A DNA stretch of 59,444 bases, filler included, from Basidioascus undulatus (GCA_000826855.1; 6 parts of 6 records of this genome joined end to end with filler, not necessarily neighbours in it); one strand, 5' to 3'. Positions 1 through 13,140 are shown, numbered from the whole stretch's first letter. Made by a program: numbers and translations. The notes: a model not told the origin generated them from the sequence alone.

Positions 1-24
1 CATCCGTATCCAGCACAATCAGTT

Positions 25-998
25 TCAACCCAGATTGTACTCCGACTCCACCGGTCCCCGACGCGCCGCGTCGGACGCGGCGGAGCTCGCCCGCCGGATA
101 GGCGCGAGGTGGAAGAACGCCTGGACGTCCGCGGAGGGTGAGGGGACGTCGCGCTCCCGCGTGTCCGCTTCCGCCTCCTCGTCCGGCCGCAGGCGCCGGA
201 GGGCAGAGAAGACTGCGAACTCGTCTGAGCGCGCGGGGGGTGTGCGTCTGGCACGGTGGATCGAGGACGAGCGGCGCAAGCTGGGGAGGCGCGGGCGGCG
301 GGGGTCGTCGTCTTCTGCGTTCGGGGGAGGGGACGGCAGGGTTTCTTCGTGTGCCCCGGGCAGGATCTCCCACACGCTCTGGTAGCCCTCGGGGGCAGGG
401 GTGGACGGCGAGATGGACTCGGCGAGGCGGTGTCTGCGCAGGGGGTAGGCGGGGGAGAAGTGGCGGGTGGTGCTGGTGGTTGGGGGGAGGCGCGCAGGTG
501 GGCCCGTGGCGGAGCGCAGGGCTTCGAGCGCACGCGAGACACCGCTGCTGCTTCCGCTGCCGGGGTTGGTGGGAGAGGGGCGCTTGGGGGTGACGGTTGA
601 CTTTAAGGAGGGGGAGGAGGTGAGGGGGGGAAAGAAGGCGCGGGTGAAGAAGGCGCACCCGAACGAGCATCTCGATCAACGCGCGCGAGTGCTTATCGTT
701 GATATCGAGCTGCTGCGCAAACGCCTGGAACGTCCCTAGTGGTTTGCCCCCATTCTCGGTCCGCGTGTGGTCGAGGACGTGCGTCCTGCATGCCACGACG
801 CGGGTCAGGTTGGCGGCGGAGGGGGATAGGGGGAGGAGAGAGGAAGGTGGGGCGAGGGAGAGACGGACACGACGGATTTGAGCTTGGCTGTGAGGAGGTC
901 GTCGTACGACTGGTGTGTCCTGTCCTCCCCTCCCCATCCCCGCGTGAGCATCCACATCCCGCTCCATCTCCCTCCCGGCACGCGCACCATTTTCCCAT
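25..998 (-). CDS. Hypothetical protein, spliced (about 4 exons), low-complexity Pro/Ser/Arg-rich C-terminus
   Basis: ATG GGA AAA TG|GT at 998. The spliced reading MGKWTHQSYDDLLTAKLKS...FAQQLDINDKHSRALIEMLVR continues into the ORF ending ...ESEYNLG* at 25. GT-AG introns have pyrimidine tracts. The N-terminus resembles a basidiomycete hypothetical family (recall only). Confidence 0.55.
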
Positions 999-1096
999 TT
1001 TCCTAGGCCGAGCGTGGGATGCGGGAGTACTTGGGTAATTGTAAGAAAGGCAGACTCAATCAAGAGCTGCGCTGTGCTGTTTTGTGAGGTGTGTGG

Positions 1097-1156
1097 GGGA
1101 GGAGGAGGAGGAGGATGGGAGATGGAGGAGATGGAGATGGAGATGGCGATGGAGAC
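1097..1156. repeat. Simple repeat, (GGA)n followed by imperfect (GGAGAT)n
   Basis: gggaggaggaggaggaggatgggagatggaggagatggagatggagatggcgatggaga is visible directly. Confidence 0.7.
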
Positions 1157-1981
1157 GGACGCGTCGATGGCGAGAGCGCGGAATGATGCAGAGCTGTCAG
1201 GTTGTCAGTTCCTGGACCTTTGCGACATCTCCAGAGTCCGCTTGTCCCCCCATCCAGGTTTCGAATCGCGAAACATGACGTAAGCCGTTCAGCTCTCGTG
1301 CTTTCATCCTTCCTTTCTGCTCTCTGCCATCGTCATCATACACATCAGATACCTCAATATCAAGCACTTCGTTTATATTGCTCCACTTGATTTCTGATAC
1401 GTTGAGTCCTGTGAAGGACCAACTGCAACTGAGAGAGAGTCTCACACCAGGGGCATCATGCTCTCCCGCACTCTGCATTACCTTGTTTGAACTGCAAAGC
1501 AGCAGTCTCGATCAAGGTTAACGTAGACCAGAAGAGGGTCATGAGTTTATCTCATTTAAGGAAGAGGGATAATTGATGGGCTTGCTGGACGATGTAAATG
1601 ATAGCAGTGACAGCGCAGGTCTGTTCTGTTCATTACCGAACGCCGTGGAGAGGGCAGCACGGAAGGCACTAACCCCGCCCTGCGTATCAAGTCCTTAAGC
1701 GCTTCTGTTATTGGAGGATAGAGGCTATTCGAGGATATTAGAGGATGTCATTTGCTCATGGAAAGGTCCAGGTTCGCGCGGAGCGCCTGGGGTATGTCAG
1801 GTTGCCGGTGTGGAATTCCCACGCGCACTATCGCGGGCCTTGCGGGCTGGCGGGCCGCCGTCCGTTCGCATGATTGTCTTCCTCCCCCTTCACCCTTCAC
1901 CCTTCACGCTCTTTCTTCCTCCTTTCTATCTTCCCTAGTTATCAAGCTCACACCCACACACACCACTCCAATCAACCAGTC

Positions 1982-4909
1982 ATGTCCCAGCTCGCCAACA
2001 CCTCCACCACCCAGTCCCGGAACATCCAGCGCACCAACTCGCCCTCCGACGGGCGCGTCATCGTCGAGCGCGAGCGGCCCTCGGCAGACGAGCTCGAGGG
2101 CGCCGTGCAGCGTGCTGTGGCTGCGCAGAAGGCGTGGAAGAAGGTCCCCCTTCTGGAGCGTATTGAAGTGGGGGAGAAGTTTATCGTGCGTCTCCCCACA
2201 CATCCTTGTTTCTCCCATGACTGATAAGCGGGTGGGAGAGGGCAGGAGGCCTTCCTCGCTGCCAGCCCCGAGATCGAGAAGGAGCTCTCAGAGCAGATGG
2301 GGCGGTGCGTGTCCCTCCCCTTCGCCCTCCTTTATCGCTTCTGCAGGCTCATATCGCGCGCCCCCAGCCCGATCCGCTACTCCAAAGGCGAAGTGAACGG
2401 CGTCGTCGAGCGCGCAAAGTACATGCTCTCCGTCGCGTCCTCCGCCCTCGCCGACATCGACGTCGGGCCCAAGGAGGGGTTCAACCGCTATCTCCGCCGC
2501 GAGCCCGTGGGCGTCGTTTTTGTCATCGCGCCCTGGAAGTACGTCTTCCTTCCTTCCTCCTTCCCTTGCACCTCCTTTCCTGCCCTTTCCTTCCCCACCT
2601 TACTTACCCCATCTTCCCTCCCATCTCCCCTTACAGCTTCCCCTACATGACCGCTCTGAACTCGCTCCTCCCCGCCCTCATCGCCGGGAACGCCGTCCTC
2701 CTCAAGCCCTCCGCGCAGACGCCCCTTGCAGGCGAGCGCTTCGCCTCCGCCTTCGCTGCCGCCGGTCTCCCGGAGGGCGTGCTGCAGGTGCTCCACTTGG
2801 ACAGGCAGCAAATGCAGGACGTCACGGCGCACCCCAAGGTCGACTTCGTCGTCTTCACTGGCAGCGTCGGGGGCGGACACGCTATTACCAAGGCGGCGAG
2901 CGGGGGGTTCAAGGGACTGGGGTTGGAGGTAGGTGTTTACCTACTCTTTTTTTTCTTCTGAACGTTTCTGGGTTGTGTTCTTACTTGTTGGTCTTTGACA
3001 GCTCGGAGGCAAGGACCCCGCGTACGTCCGCCCCGACGCGGACATTGACTACACCGTCGCGGAGCTTGTCGACGGCGCGTTCTTCAACTCTGGTGCGTCC
3101 CTTTCACCTCTCCCTTCCTTGTCCCCTCTTTCTCTGCCCTCCCTCCCTCTTCTTCCATTTCCCCTACACTCTTTCTCCTTCTTCGCCTTCGCCTGCTTAC
3201 ACGACTCCGCGCGCGCAGGCCAGTCCTGCTGCGGTATCGAGCGCATCTACGTGCACGAGTCGCTCGTACGTCTTCCCCTCCCCTTCCCTCCCACCCCTGC
3301 CCCTTCTGCCCCACTTCACTCACTCACGTTCGCCCGGCAGTACGACCGCTTCGTCGAAAAGTTCGCCGAGACCGTGAAGGTCCGTCCTCCCTCCCCTTTC
3401 TCTCTTCCCGTCTCCCCGTCCACCCTCCCCCCCAATCCGCCTCCTCCCTTGCTCCTTCCTCTCCCCGCCTTGCACACGCGACTTACCATATTCGCTCCCC
3501 AGGGCTACAAGCTGGGCGACCCCCTCGACCCTTCCACTACCCTCGGCCCCGTAGTCTCCTCCAAGGCCGCCGCGGACATCCGCGCACAGGTCGCAGACGC
3601 CGTGTCCAAGGGCGCGCAGAACCTTACCCCCGAGGAACTCTTCCCGGTTGCCAAGGAGGGGACCGCGTTTCTGGCGCCGGTGGTGCTTGTTGGGGTGGAC
3701 CACTGTACGTTTCGTCGAGATGAGGAAGCGGAGGGAGGAGGGGAGGAGGGGATGGGGAGATGGGGTGGAGGCTGATGAGAGTGGGACGGGGACGGCAGCC
3801 ATGGAGGTCATGACCGAGGAGACGTTCGGGCCGGTCGTGGGGATCATGAAGGTTCGTTGGTGCTCCCCTTACTTCCTTTTACCCTTACCATACCCTTCCC
3901 ATTTCACCTTCATCCGGCGTGCTTAATCCCACCCCACGCCGCCCGCCCCCCACCCGCAGGTCGCCTCCGACGACGAGGCCCTCGCGCTGATGAACGACTC
4001 GCCGTACGGGCTGACGGCGACGGTGTGGACGGACGCGGACAAGAGCGCGGACGTCGTCGACCGCTTCGTCGACGAGCTCGAGACGGGGACGGTGTTTGTC
4101 AACCGGTGCGTGCAGGTCTCCCTCCTCTTTCTTTTATTTGCTGTTTTAGTTTGTCGAGTAGAGAATGTGGTTTTGGTAGCTTTGGTTGTTCGCTTGATCT
4201 GCGGCTTTCGTTGTTACACTTGCGGCGGACGTTTGTTTCATTCCTCGTTTCCGCGTTCGCAGCCCTGTCCAGGCGTTGTCTCTTACGGCTTTGCGGTACA
4301 AATTTTGAGCACATTACTCTTCCCTTACTCCCTTCCTTCCCATTCGCTATTACCTCCGTTCTTCATCACACGCGCACCGAAGGATGCTCGCCCGCGTAGC
4401 ACCGTTCCGTCACTTCTCCCCTCGCCTTATCCGCGCTCCGCCGGCGACTCTCGTCGCTGGCTGCAGCCGTCCACTCCCTCGCTTCTCCTCCCCTCGCCTC
4501 CCCCTTTCTCCCGGCGCTTCCTTCCTCATTTCTTTCACAAATTCTACTTTTCAAACACTTTCCACAGCCCTCTAATCGTAAATGATCCATACTGACTCCC
4601 TCCCTCCCTCCCACTCAGCTGCGACTACCTCGACCCCGCGTGAGTTCACCCTCGACCCTCCGAACTCCCTACTCCTCCCAAACAGCTTTTCTGACCCAAG
4701 TTTTGCGCAGACTCGCGTGGACTGGAGTGAAAGACACCGGACGCGGCATCAGCCTCAGCAAGCTCGGTGCGTGCTTCCTCCAGTTTCGTCCGCTTCGTCC
4801 GGGCGCGGAACGCAAGCTCACGCGAGGGTCGGGATGGGACTTCGATTGGATAGGTTACGACCAGCTCACGCGCGTCAAGAGCGTGCACATCAAGCTCAAG
4901 ACTCAGTAG
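1982..4909 (+). CDS. NAD(P)-dependent aldehyde dehydrogenase (multi-exon, appears intact)
   Basis: Spliced ALDH motifs: IAPWNFPY, LIAGNAVLLKPS, FTGSVGGG, LE|LGGKDPAYV, catalytic GQSCCGIERIYV, EETFGPV, NDSPYGLTATVWT, VFVNRCDYLDPALAWTGVKDTGRG. ATG at 1982, TAG at 4907-4909. Confidence 0.95.
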
Positions 4910-5556
4910 GCGTGGGTGCGGTCCGAAGCTGTCGTTTGGTTGGGGAGCGGTTGGTGGTCGAGGGCGCGCGGACGCTGCAGTGCTTCGCTTGATGGCTTGA
5001 AAGGACTTTCTTGGTGGCGAATGCACAGATAACGAACATCTTTATCGTTATTTTGTTTGATATGTGATGTATGCGGTGTGGCTTGCAATTAGGTGAAAGC
5101 GAGGTTATACGGCGTATACATTTTTTCGGCCTTGGGCGACAGCCGCAGGCTGCTGCCCCGCCTGTCATAACGGCAGCGCCGATGCGAGGATCAACATCGT
5201 ACTCCTGGAGCCGGAATCCAAAAGTGGGAAGTGCAGCAGGTAACAAAGCTGACCCGTTGCTGGAAGGGCCGCAGTCCGAGCTCGCCAGTGTGGCTGAACT
5301 TGATGCTTTTTCCATTCGATCTTGAATGCACTATACGCCTTTCTTTGGGCTATCCCGTGGGTAAATCACAGGGGCAGCCGAGCTCGTGCAAAGAAAACAG
5401 CAGGACATCGCTTAGGGGAGATCACTAATTTTGGACTTGCACTCCGTGACTGGTTTCTTCCCGACCGCGATGTGCTTCTCATTCCCTCTCGCATTGATCT
5501 TCGCATAAACTAGCCTCCTCAATATTCTACCATCTCCTAATCTGGATCAACATCTC

Positions 5557-6423
5557 ATGCCTCCTCCTATTGATCCCAAAGCCTTACCCACCACGCAGCG
5601 TCCGATCCGCTTCGACTCCGCGCACGAAGCGACCGCGCCGACGCCTTCTCGACCTTCAACGCCAGGCCAAGAGCGAGACGTGCAGTTCGACCCAGCGCTC
5701 GAAGCTACCACGCAGTCGCTTCCGCGCTCGCCGGCGTCCCGCCCTCCGTCCGTGCACAGCGGCGTCGACGAGCGCCTGCCCAAAGTCCGGCCTCCGAGCG
5801 CGTACGACCCGCCGACGCTCGCGCTCTTGTCGCTGTTTGCGATACTGGGGACGCTCGCGAGGCTCGGCCTCAATGCGCTGAATACGTATGATGGACAGAG
5901 CGTGTTTCCGCTCCTTTGGAGTCAGGCGATCGGATGCGCGCTCATGGGCTTCTTCACGTTCCGCAAGGCGGAGCTTGAGGTGTTCGGGGCGCACGTTTAT
6001 GTTGGGCTGGCAACGGGTGAGGATGAACTTGGCGCATTTGTTGATTAGAGAAATTACACGCTGACGGTGCTAACGCATTGGCGGTACCAAGGTCTCTGCG
6101 GTTCCATTACCACCTTCTCGTCCTGGATGCTTCAGGTCTTCCAGGCGTACTCGAACGAGCCGGGCTACAACCGCCACGGCCTGCACAACGTACATCTGCA
6201 TCCGCCTAACACACATTTCATGCTCTTAAATTACTGAACATCTTCTTTTATGATTCTATCGCGCAGGTCATGGACGCCTTCTCCCAGACCTTCACAACTC
6301 TCGGCATGTCCCTCGCCGCGCTCGCAGGCGGCCGGGCGCTCCACCGGATGCTTCCACCCCTCCGACCCCCTCTCTCGCCCGGCGTCGTGCTCAGCCTGGG
6401 CGCCGCCGCGCTCGCAGTTGGCG
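5557..6423 (+). CDS. FEX1: Fluoride export protein (FEX/CrcB family), 5' part, cut by contig end
   Basis: LLSLFAILGTLARLGL, SQAIGCALMG and the spliced CrcB signature YVGLATG|LCGSITTFSSWMLQ. Confidence 0.85.
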
Positions 6424-6523
6424 NNNNNNNNNNNNNNNNNNNNNNNNNNNNNNNNNNNNNNNNNNNNTTAATTAATTAANNNNNNNNNNNNNNNNNNNNN
6501 NNNNNNNNNNNNNNNNNNNNNNN
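6424..6523. other. Artificial contig spacer N44-TTAATTAATTAA-N44
   Basis: A six-frame stop linker inside Ns. The identical structure occurs five times in the window. Confidence 0.97.
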
Positions 6524-6858
6524 CCGCCTCCCCCCCCGCCCTCCCCCTGCTCCTCACGCACCTCCGGACATTCTACCAAGCCGAAGCCGGCTGGGCGCAC
6601 AGCATGCTCTCCGCCCTCCCCCCCGCCGACGCAGAGCCCGACGCAGAGCCGCCCGTGAAGCGCGCGCGGCGCGGGGCGATCTCGGCGCGGGGCGCGGGAA
6701 GTGTGGGGACGGGCGCGCTGGTCGAGTGCTTTGGGAAGTTGATGAAGGCGCGCTTGGACAGCATCAGGGGGGTGGAGGCGCTCGTGCTGATGGCGGCTGA
6801 GGGGGAGGTCGGCGTGGGTGTGGGAGCGGGGAAGGCGGGGCTGGTCGTGCAGCGGTAA
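6524..6858 (+). CDS. 3' end of a hypothetical protein (unrelated to FEX), cut by contig start
   Basis: Open GC3-rich frame from the gap: ...LLTHLRTFYQAEAGWAHSML...LVECFGKLMKARLDSIRGVEALV...VVQR*. Confidence 0.5.
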
Positions 6859-7634
6859 GATGAGGAGATGAGGGGGCGACGGGCGACGGGGCATGCAGGA
6901 TGGGGGAGCTTGTGGTAGGATATGGCTTGTTGCACTCGCTTGCTTGTATTGCTTGCCCCGGCTGGTCTGGCCCGTATGCGTTCTCAGAGGTTCCCCAGGT
7001 CCGCTAAGCGTCGCTCTTTCTCCAGGTACGCTCCGAGTCGCGGAAGCCAGGCTTTCCAACCACAAAGTGCGTCGCCACGACGCAGCTTCTCTGACATGAT
7101 ATAGAAGGCGCCTACGCCTGTAGTGTCATGTTGGGTGTCCTTCTCTTTGCAGAGTCTCATTGCACACTCTTCTCTCTGACCTTGCATGGTGGCGGTGGCA
7201 GTGAGCGAAGTGTTACTCATGCCGTTGAAAGTGCAGACTGCGAGCAGCTTGCGAGGGGTACCACGTCTTGGCTGCCTGCTCAAGAAAACAGCTTTGCAAA
7301 ACATTCGGCTTTGAGAAAGGAGATCCCTCCTCACTGGTTCGCGGTCCGTCAGGACAGGCAAGACGGTTTGCTGACATTGCACTACGTCCACTGCTCGCTT
7401 AGTACACGAAAGCCGATAGTTCAATCGTCAATCCGCCGTAAAGAACTGGCGAATACCCATTTTCCAGCACTTATTTTTACCTTTCCAAAGCGGTAGTTGC
7501 GGCGGAGAACTGTCATGCCGTTCCATCCGTCGACTCCAGCTTGGCGGTCAAGGTTCCCGCTCGCTTTTGACCTTCGACCGCCACCATCGCCCGTCCCAAG
7601 CCCCATAGAAGCACCGTTCTGCATAAAAAACGGC

Positions 7635-8752
7635 ATGTCAACTACCAGCTTCCTTTTAGGCATCGCGGTATGGGCAACTGCCGCGACTCTCGCTTTGAGC
7701 TCGTCCTGAGCCGACTCCCTTTCCGTTCGCAGGTCGAGCCCTGGCAACTCCACTTCGCGGGTAAGGTTTGGCCCTCTTCCATGTAAGCTAGCAGTGTCTT
7801 TCCAGTGTCTTTCGACTGATCGTCCTCATGCCCACGTGCAGCGCATCAAATCCACCGTGAACGTGCTCGCCCGCCGGCGCGATGCTGGGTAGCTTCTCTT
7901 CCGCAACGACAAACAGCCTACCGCTTCAATCGTTTCGCTTCCCCCCGAGCTTCTCTCGGTCATCTACGACTACGCCCTGTTGGGCATGATCGAGAGCCAG
8001 TGATCCCGGAATCAGATCGGGCGCGGCTACGTCTTCACGACGGAGGTTCGCAAACCTGTCGAGTGCTATAGCGACGAGTGCGACGACTCGGGGATGGAGG
8101 AAGAGTACCACGAGCAGCTGAGGGAGTCTAACGAGACGGTTCGCAAGCTCGTATCTCAATTTCCAGACTGCGACTAGCCAGGCGGTACGCCTGACATTTT
8201 CCCCCGGACCACCACCGCTTGCTCAAAGGTCCTACGGCGTCGACAGAGATCCGGTCTGCACTCGCTTTTAAGCGCCTACGGCCTCCGTCTTGTCGGTTGC
8301 GCATACCAACGGTCACTACGACAAGATGATCTTGTAATCGGTCTCCCCTCACCTGTGCTGCCCGCGCCGTCTCCTCTCAGGACCCGCTCATCTCGCTCGA
8401 CCGCAACGAGCCAGACCCAGACTGGCACAACAGAGTCCTGGAGATCCAAGACCCCATGGAGGCTCACAGATCCATTGCTATTGATCCCGCTTGCTTCAAT
8501 CCGACAGCCGAGCAGCGCCACCGCTTCAAGAAGCTGGTGCGGGATCACTATCTGCGCCTCCACTCGCCGACCGATACAGCACGCCGAGCGCGGGCGTGGC
8601 AACCTCGGAGCCGGGTGCGGGAGATGGTGTAGGAGAGGGCGAAAAGGGGATGAGAAGAGGGCTAGGAAGGGCATCAAGGCCCCTTCGATCGAGCCTCAAT
8701 TCATTATTGTCAGCAGCTCGAGCCGCAGCGGCTTTTTTACGATTACATATAG
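7635..8752 (+). pseudogene. F-box-like hypothetical protein pseudogene, copy A of a local duplicate
   Basis: MSTTSFLLGIA|VEPWQLHF...IVSLPPELLSVIYDY (F-box-like). In-frame TAG at 7890-7892 where copy B has CAG, plus further stops. Alignable by eye to 10204-11332. Confidence 0.6.
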
Positions 8753-10203
8753 TGCAATACTAAAGGAATTTTGGACGTCGGTGGTGGGTCAGGGGCTATA
8801 TGAACCACGTCCGCAGCGTGTTTTGCCCGAGACGGCTGTACTCAAGCTATGAACAAACGGCCTGCTTACGGTTTTTCTCGGGCTTACCTGCCAGTGCATG
8901 GTTCCCTTTTCCGCCGTAAGTGCATACTAACGTGCAAGTAGCGGTGAGCGCCGTTTTAGAGGTAGACTGTGTTTGGTTTTCTTGGCGCAATTTCACAAGC
9001 ATCTCTGCGCTGGAGAACGACTCAACAGAGCCAACTGAGGCCCCCTTGCTACACGTATCTGTTGAAATTCCGTTTTTCTTCACAGTAACAGTGGCCAATC
9101 AGGTACAAGTGACACTTGCTTTTGGGGGTAATGCTAGGACACCTGCTCCGCCTGCGGCTTGAAGCACCCCCGTATGGTCCTGTATGCTTACCAAAGAGAA
9201 ATGTTTCCACTAAGTTATGCAGACGTGCAAAGTTCGCATCACGGGTTTAGCTACCAATAAAGAAGTACGAGCGGAGGGGTTTTCACCACATACAGTCAAG
9301 GCATCTCCACCGAGCTGTATCTCTATCATGGTATAAAGTAGAGTGTGTTGTCACTTGAAATAATTATTGTGGTTATATTTCAATATATAATTCTACACTG
9401 TACCCTTCTACCGTCATGGATAATGGCTTTCTGAGAGCAAGCACCGCGGTTGAAAATGTGGATTGCATGCGAGAAAGGCCCATGGCTCAGCTGCCTGCCC
9501 CACCCAGTGTCCTTTTGGCAGAATGTAGGGTGACGAACTATTGTCGACAACATCACTCGGGTTGAGGGACGCACAGGGCTCGAAGGTGTGCCTCAACGAT
9601 GTGGACCCCCTTCGCGTTGGCCAAAATCTTCCCCAAAGCCTTCCTTACTCCCAAGTATGACTCTTCTGTACCTTCTGGTATAAATTATCACCTACAAATC
9701 TCAGTGTTTTGCTTGTTCTGGTGATACTTACTGGTCTCCCAACGCCACTGGGCGGCTCTTCATTCATGGTTCAAGTGTACGTGGGTCAAGGCTTCTTTCA
9801 ACAACCCATCGCTTATACCAGGTGGAACAAGCATACCCTTAAAAGTATTATTCAACATATCTTTTGAGATACCCCCCCACTTCTATTTCATAGCTGGCAA
9901 CGGGTTGTGTGTCCGCAATATCCAGCATTTTAAACAGAACGATGTCCGCCGATCGGCAGGAAGTCCGTTACATCGCAGGACAGACCTCAGAATCGCTCAC
10001 ACCTTCCATTTTGGAAAGAAGAGTAGACTTGATATTGGAAAACAGGCTTGCAAGGCGATGAGTTGGAGAGCGGACATGCCTATCTCCCGCGTGCGAAGAC
10101 CTCAGCCCAGCCGGAAGACCTCGCGCCACGGTTCACCCAACCGCCACCATCATCACGCCTAAAACTCCAGACGAGCGCCACTCTTCCCTACAAGCTTTAC
10201 AAA

Positions 10204-11332
10204 ATATCGACTACTAGCTTTCTCTTCGGCATCGCGGTACGGGCAACAATGACTACTTCGATAAGTGCTCGGTGCTGACTCGCTTCTCGTTCGCAGGTCG
10301 AGCCATGGCAGCTTCATTTGGCGGGGAAGGCATGGCCCTCCTTGAATGTAAGCTCACTGCACATATCTTAACTCCTTGAACTGATCATCCGAGTATTACA
10401 CAGCGCATCAAGTCGATGGTGAACGTGCTCGTCCGCCGGCGCGAAGCTGGGCAGCTCCTCTTCCGCGACGACAAGCACCCTACTGCTTCGATTGTTTCGC
10501 TCCCCCCCCCGAGCTTCTTTCACTAATATACGACTACGTCCTGCTGGGCATGATTAAGAGCACAGTGGATTCGGAACGGGATCAGACGCGGCTACAGCGG
10601 CAATCCGGCGGTGCTCGAGCCGTACGAGTACTGCGAAGGCGATGACTCCTAGATGGGAAGGCGGACTACTAGCAGCAGGATATGTACGAGAAGATGAACA
10701 AGCTACTGCCTCAACTCAAGGCTGCCACGATCAAAGCGGTCCGTCAAACATATCCTATCCCCTGTCCCCCCCCCTCCCCCCTACAACCCATCGTGAAGTC
10801 TAAAACGGACTCACGCGTCAACAGAAATCCGGCCTGCACTCGCTTCTCACCCTTACGGTCTCCGTATCGCTGCTGCTCACACCCGGACTGGTTACTACGA
10901 CAACATAATCTTCTACATCGGTCTTCCTCTTACCTGCGGAGCTCGCGCGCTCTCCTCTCAGACCCCGCTCCTCTCGCTCGACCACAAAGACGAGGGAGAC
11001 TACTACAGGGACGGTTTCTTAGAGGAAGACCCCATCGATGGGCACAAAGCCGTTGCTCTCGATCCAGCTTGCTTTTCTCCGACCTCCGAGCAGCGTGACC
11101 GCTTCAGGAGGCTGGTGCACGATCTCGACTTGCGTCTGCGCTCCTCGCCGATCGACAGTGCGCACCCTTAGAACTCGAGCGCGGCAGCTCCGGAACGGGT
11201 GCGGCGCGGACTAGGGTAGAAGGGCGGAAGGGGAGGAAGACCGGTGCTAGGAAGGGCGCCAAGGCGGCGTCTATCGAGCCTCAGTTTCTCATCGTCAGCA
11301 CCCTGAGCCGCAGCGGCTTTTACGAGTACTGA
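10204..11332 (+). pseudogene. F-box-like hypothetical protein pseudogene, copy B
   Basis: Paralog of 7635-8752 with the same intron positions. The start codon is mutated to ATA (10204), an expanded C-run at about 10502-10510 shifts the frame, and there are internal stops. Confidence 0.6.
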
Positions 11333-12250
11333 GGGACTACATGAATCCTCCGTGAATATCCGGGGCGGGGCTTGTTGAGTCAGGGTATCTTCCGGTGTCA
11401 GAAGCCATGAAGCATGAATAAACGGCCTACCTCACGTTCTGTCTGATCTGTCCGCGGGTGCATCCTTCCAAAACGAAACTTGAAGGTAAAAAAATGCCTG
11501 CGGAACTGAAGTGCGGCTATAATGCTAAGTCGACACCCAGACTTTTGGGTTGCATTAAGCGGGACAGCTACATGGAAAGATGACATCGGCAGGAAAGCAA
11601 CATGCAGCAACGGGCCCTGCGGAGCACTGCAGTGCAGCGTCTATCCGAGCACGCTCACGGACCAGTACTCTGTGGGGAGACTTGCCTCAACTGCCATACG
11701 TATAACGCAATTTTGCTGTCCCAGAACCTGAGAACTCGTTGAAGATGGGTGACACGTTGCTTTCTTTTGCTTTCTTCCCGTCGCGTTCCCGGCGCGTCCT
11801 CAAAAGGCAAGCAAGAAGGACAACGTAGACAGGCCACAAAGGGGCACTTGAGGATCATGCTTGCCAGTCACTGCTGTATGAGGAAGCTATGCCGCTGCAC
11901 ATGTACGAAGCACAGGCCAGCACGGCCAGCAGCACGAAGCTGGCAGGGTCAGGAACGAAGCTGGCCGGGAACGTTTTCGCGGCATTCAACTCGTTCCCAA
12001 GCGAAAGCCATATGGCCCATCGGCGCAAGGGAAGATGGTGCAAGCGAGTTCTGTTGCCAGCAAGGGTCGGTTGCACTCCGCTGATGCGAGGTTGAGCCGT
12101 ACCGTGCCGCACCTGCCCGCGTCGGCTGCACCCCTCGCTGACGCTCAGCTGGATGTCAAAGCATTCAGTACTTTTCCCAATGTAGCTTCCCATTCATCAT
12201 CGATTTACTTGCTATATCAACTTCATCCACACCTGTCGATGAAGTGCATT

Positions 12251-12328
12251 GCTTGGGTGGGGTAGTGGTAACCTGGGTCGTTGCCATCGGAAGTCGACCC
12301 GCCCCGTGTTCGATTCACGGTTCAAGCA
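12251..12328 (+). tRNA. tRNA-Gly(GCC) with 7-nt intron at 37/38
   Basis: Cloverleaf: acceptor GCTTGGG/TTCAAGC+A, D-stem GGGT/ACCT with AGTGGTA loop, anticodon stem GGTCG/CGACC, anticodon GCC 12283-12285, insert tcggaag 12287-12293, T-arm CCGTG-TTCGATT-CACGG. A T-run follows at about 12339-12342. Confidence 0.9.
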
Positions 12329-12943
12329 GATCTTCTTCTTTTGGGTTTCGGCAGGTTATGAATACTTTTCCAGAAACAAGTGAAGTTGGACATCCTTTTG
12401 CTATATGCTCGGTGGCTCCCAGGACCAAAGATCCCTTTGGACGATAACGTTGGCGGCACTGTGTGCAGCCGACAGTACTGGTGCCGGGGGCTGCACAAAG
12501 CCAAGGCCACCGATGCGTGCCCAGAGGGTCGCACCCTACCACATGATAGCTCTTTTAAGATAAACAGCTCGAGGCTGGACATTGCAAACCTTCCGCATCT
12601 CCGCCGAGTGCAGGCCAGTCTGAAAAGAGGTAGGGTCGACCACAGGCGCGATGCGTAATTTAAAGTACCCCTGCACGCTTTATCAAAGTACCCATTTAGC
12701 CTAGAACAACATGTGTTATTAGGTAGACAGAGCAGGTGTAATGCTCGCCGGGGACACTGGCCAATGTTGCTGCGACTCCGCTTCCTAAACTGGGTGGCCG
12801 ACAGAAGGACAGCAGTCGAAGCTCGGAGCGCCATTGCGAAACCCTCATGCTCTTTTAATCTATAACATGCAGGTGGAACCAACCAACCGCCTGCTCCAAC
12901 CGCCTGCCTTCCTGGCGCATAACCGCCATAGACGACTCTCCCT

Positions 12944-13043
12944 NNNNNNNNNNNNNNNNNNNNNNNNNNNNNNNNNNNNNNNNNNNNTTAATTAATTAAN
13001 NNNNNNNNNNNNNNNNNNNNNNNNNNNNNNNNNNNNNNNNNNN
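12944..13043. other. Artificial contig spacer
   Basis: N44-TTAATTAATTAA-N44. Confidence 0.97.
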
Positions 13044-13140
13044 TCCCAACTCACCCTACCCTCCCGCACAGCGCCGCCCTCCCCATGTCCGTCCCCCCCT
13101 TCCCTCCTCCCTCTCTCCAACCCTGACCCTCGCCCCACAG

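Noticed and set aside
6468..6479. TTAATTAATTAA as a biological repeat or piggyBac TTAA site
   Set aside because: It is always centred in N-runs of identical length, so it is an assembly linker.
5557..6858. Single FEX gene spanning the gap
   Set aside because: The post-gap peptide has no CrcB/TM character and belongs to a different contig.
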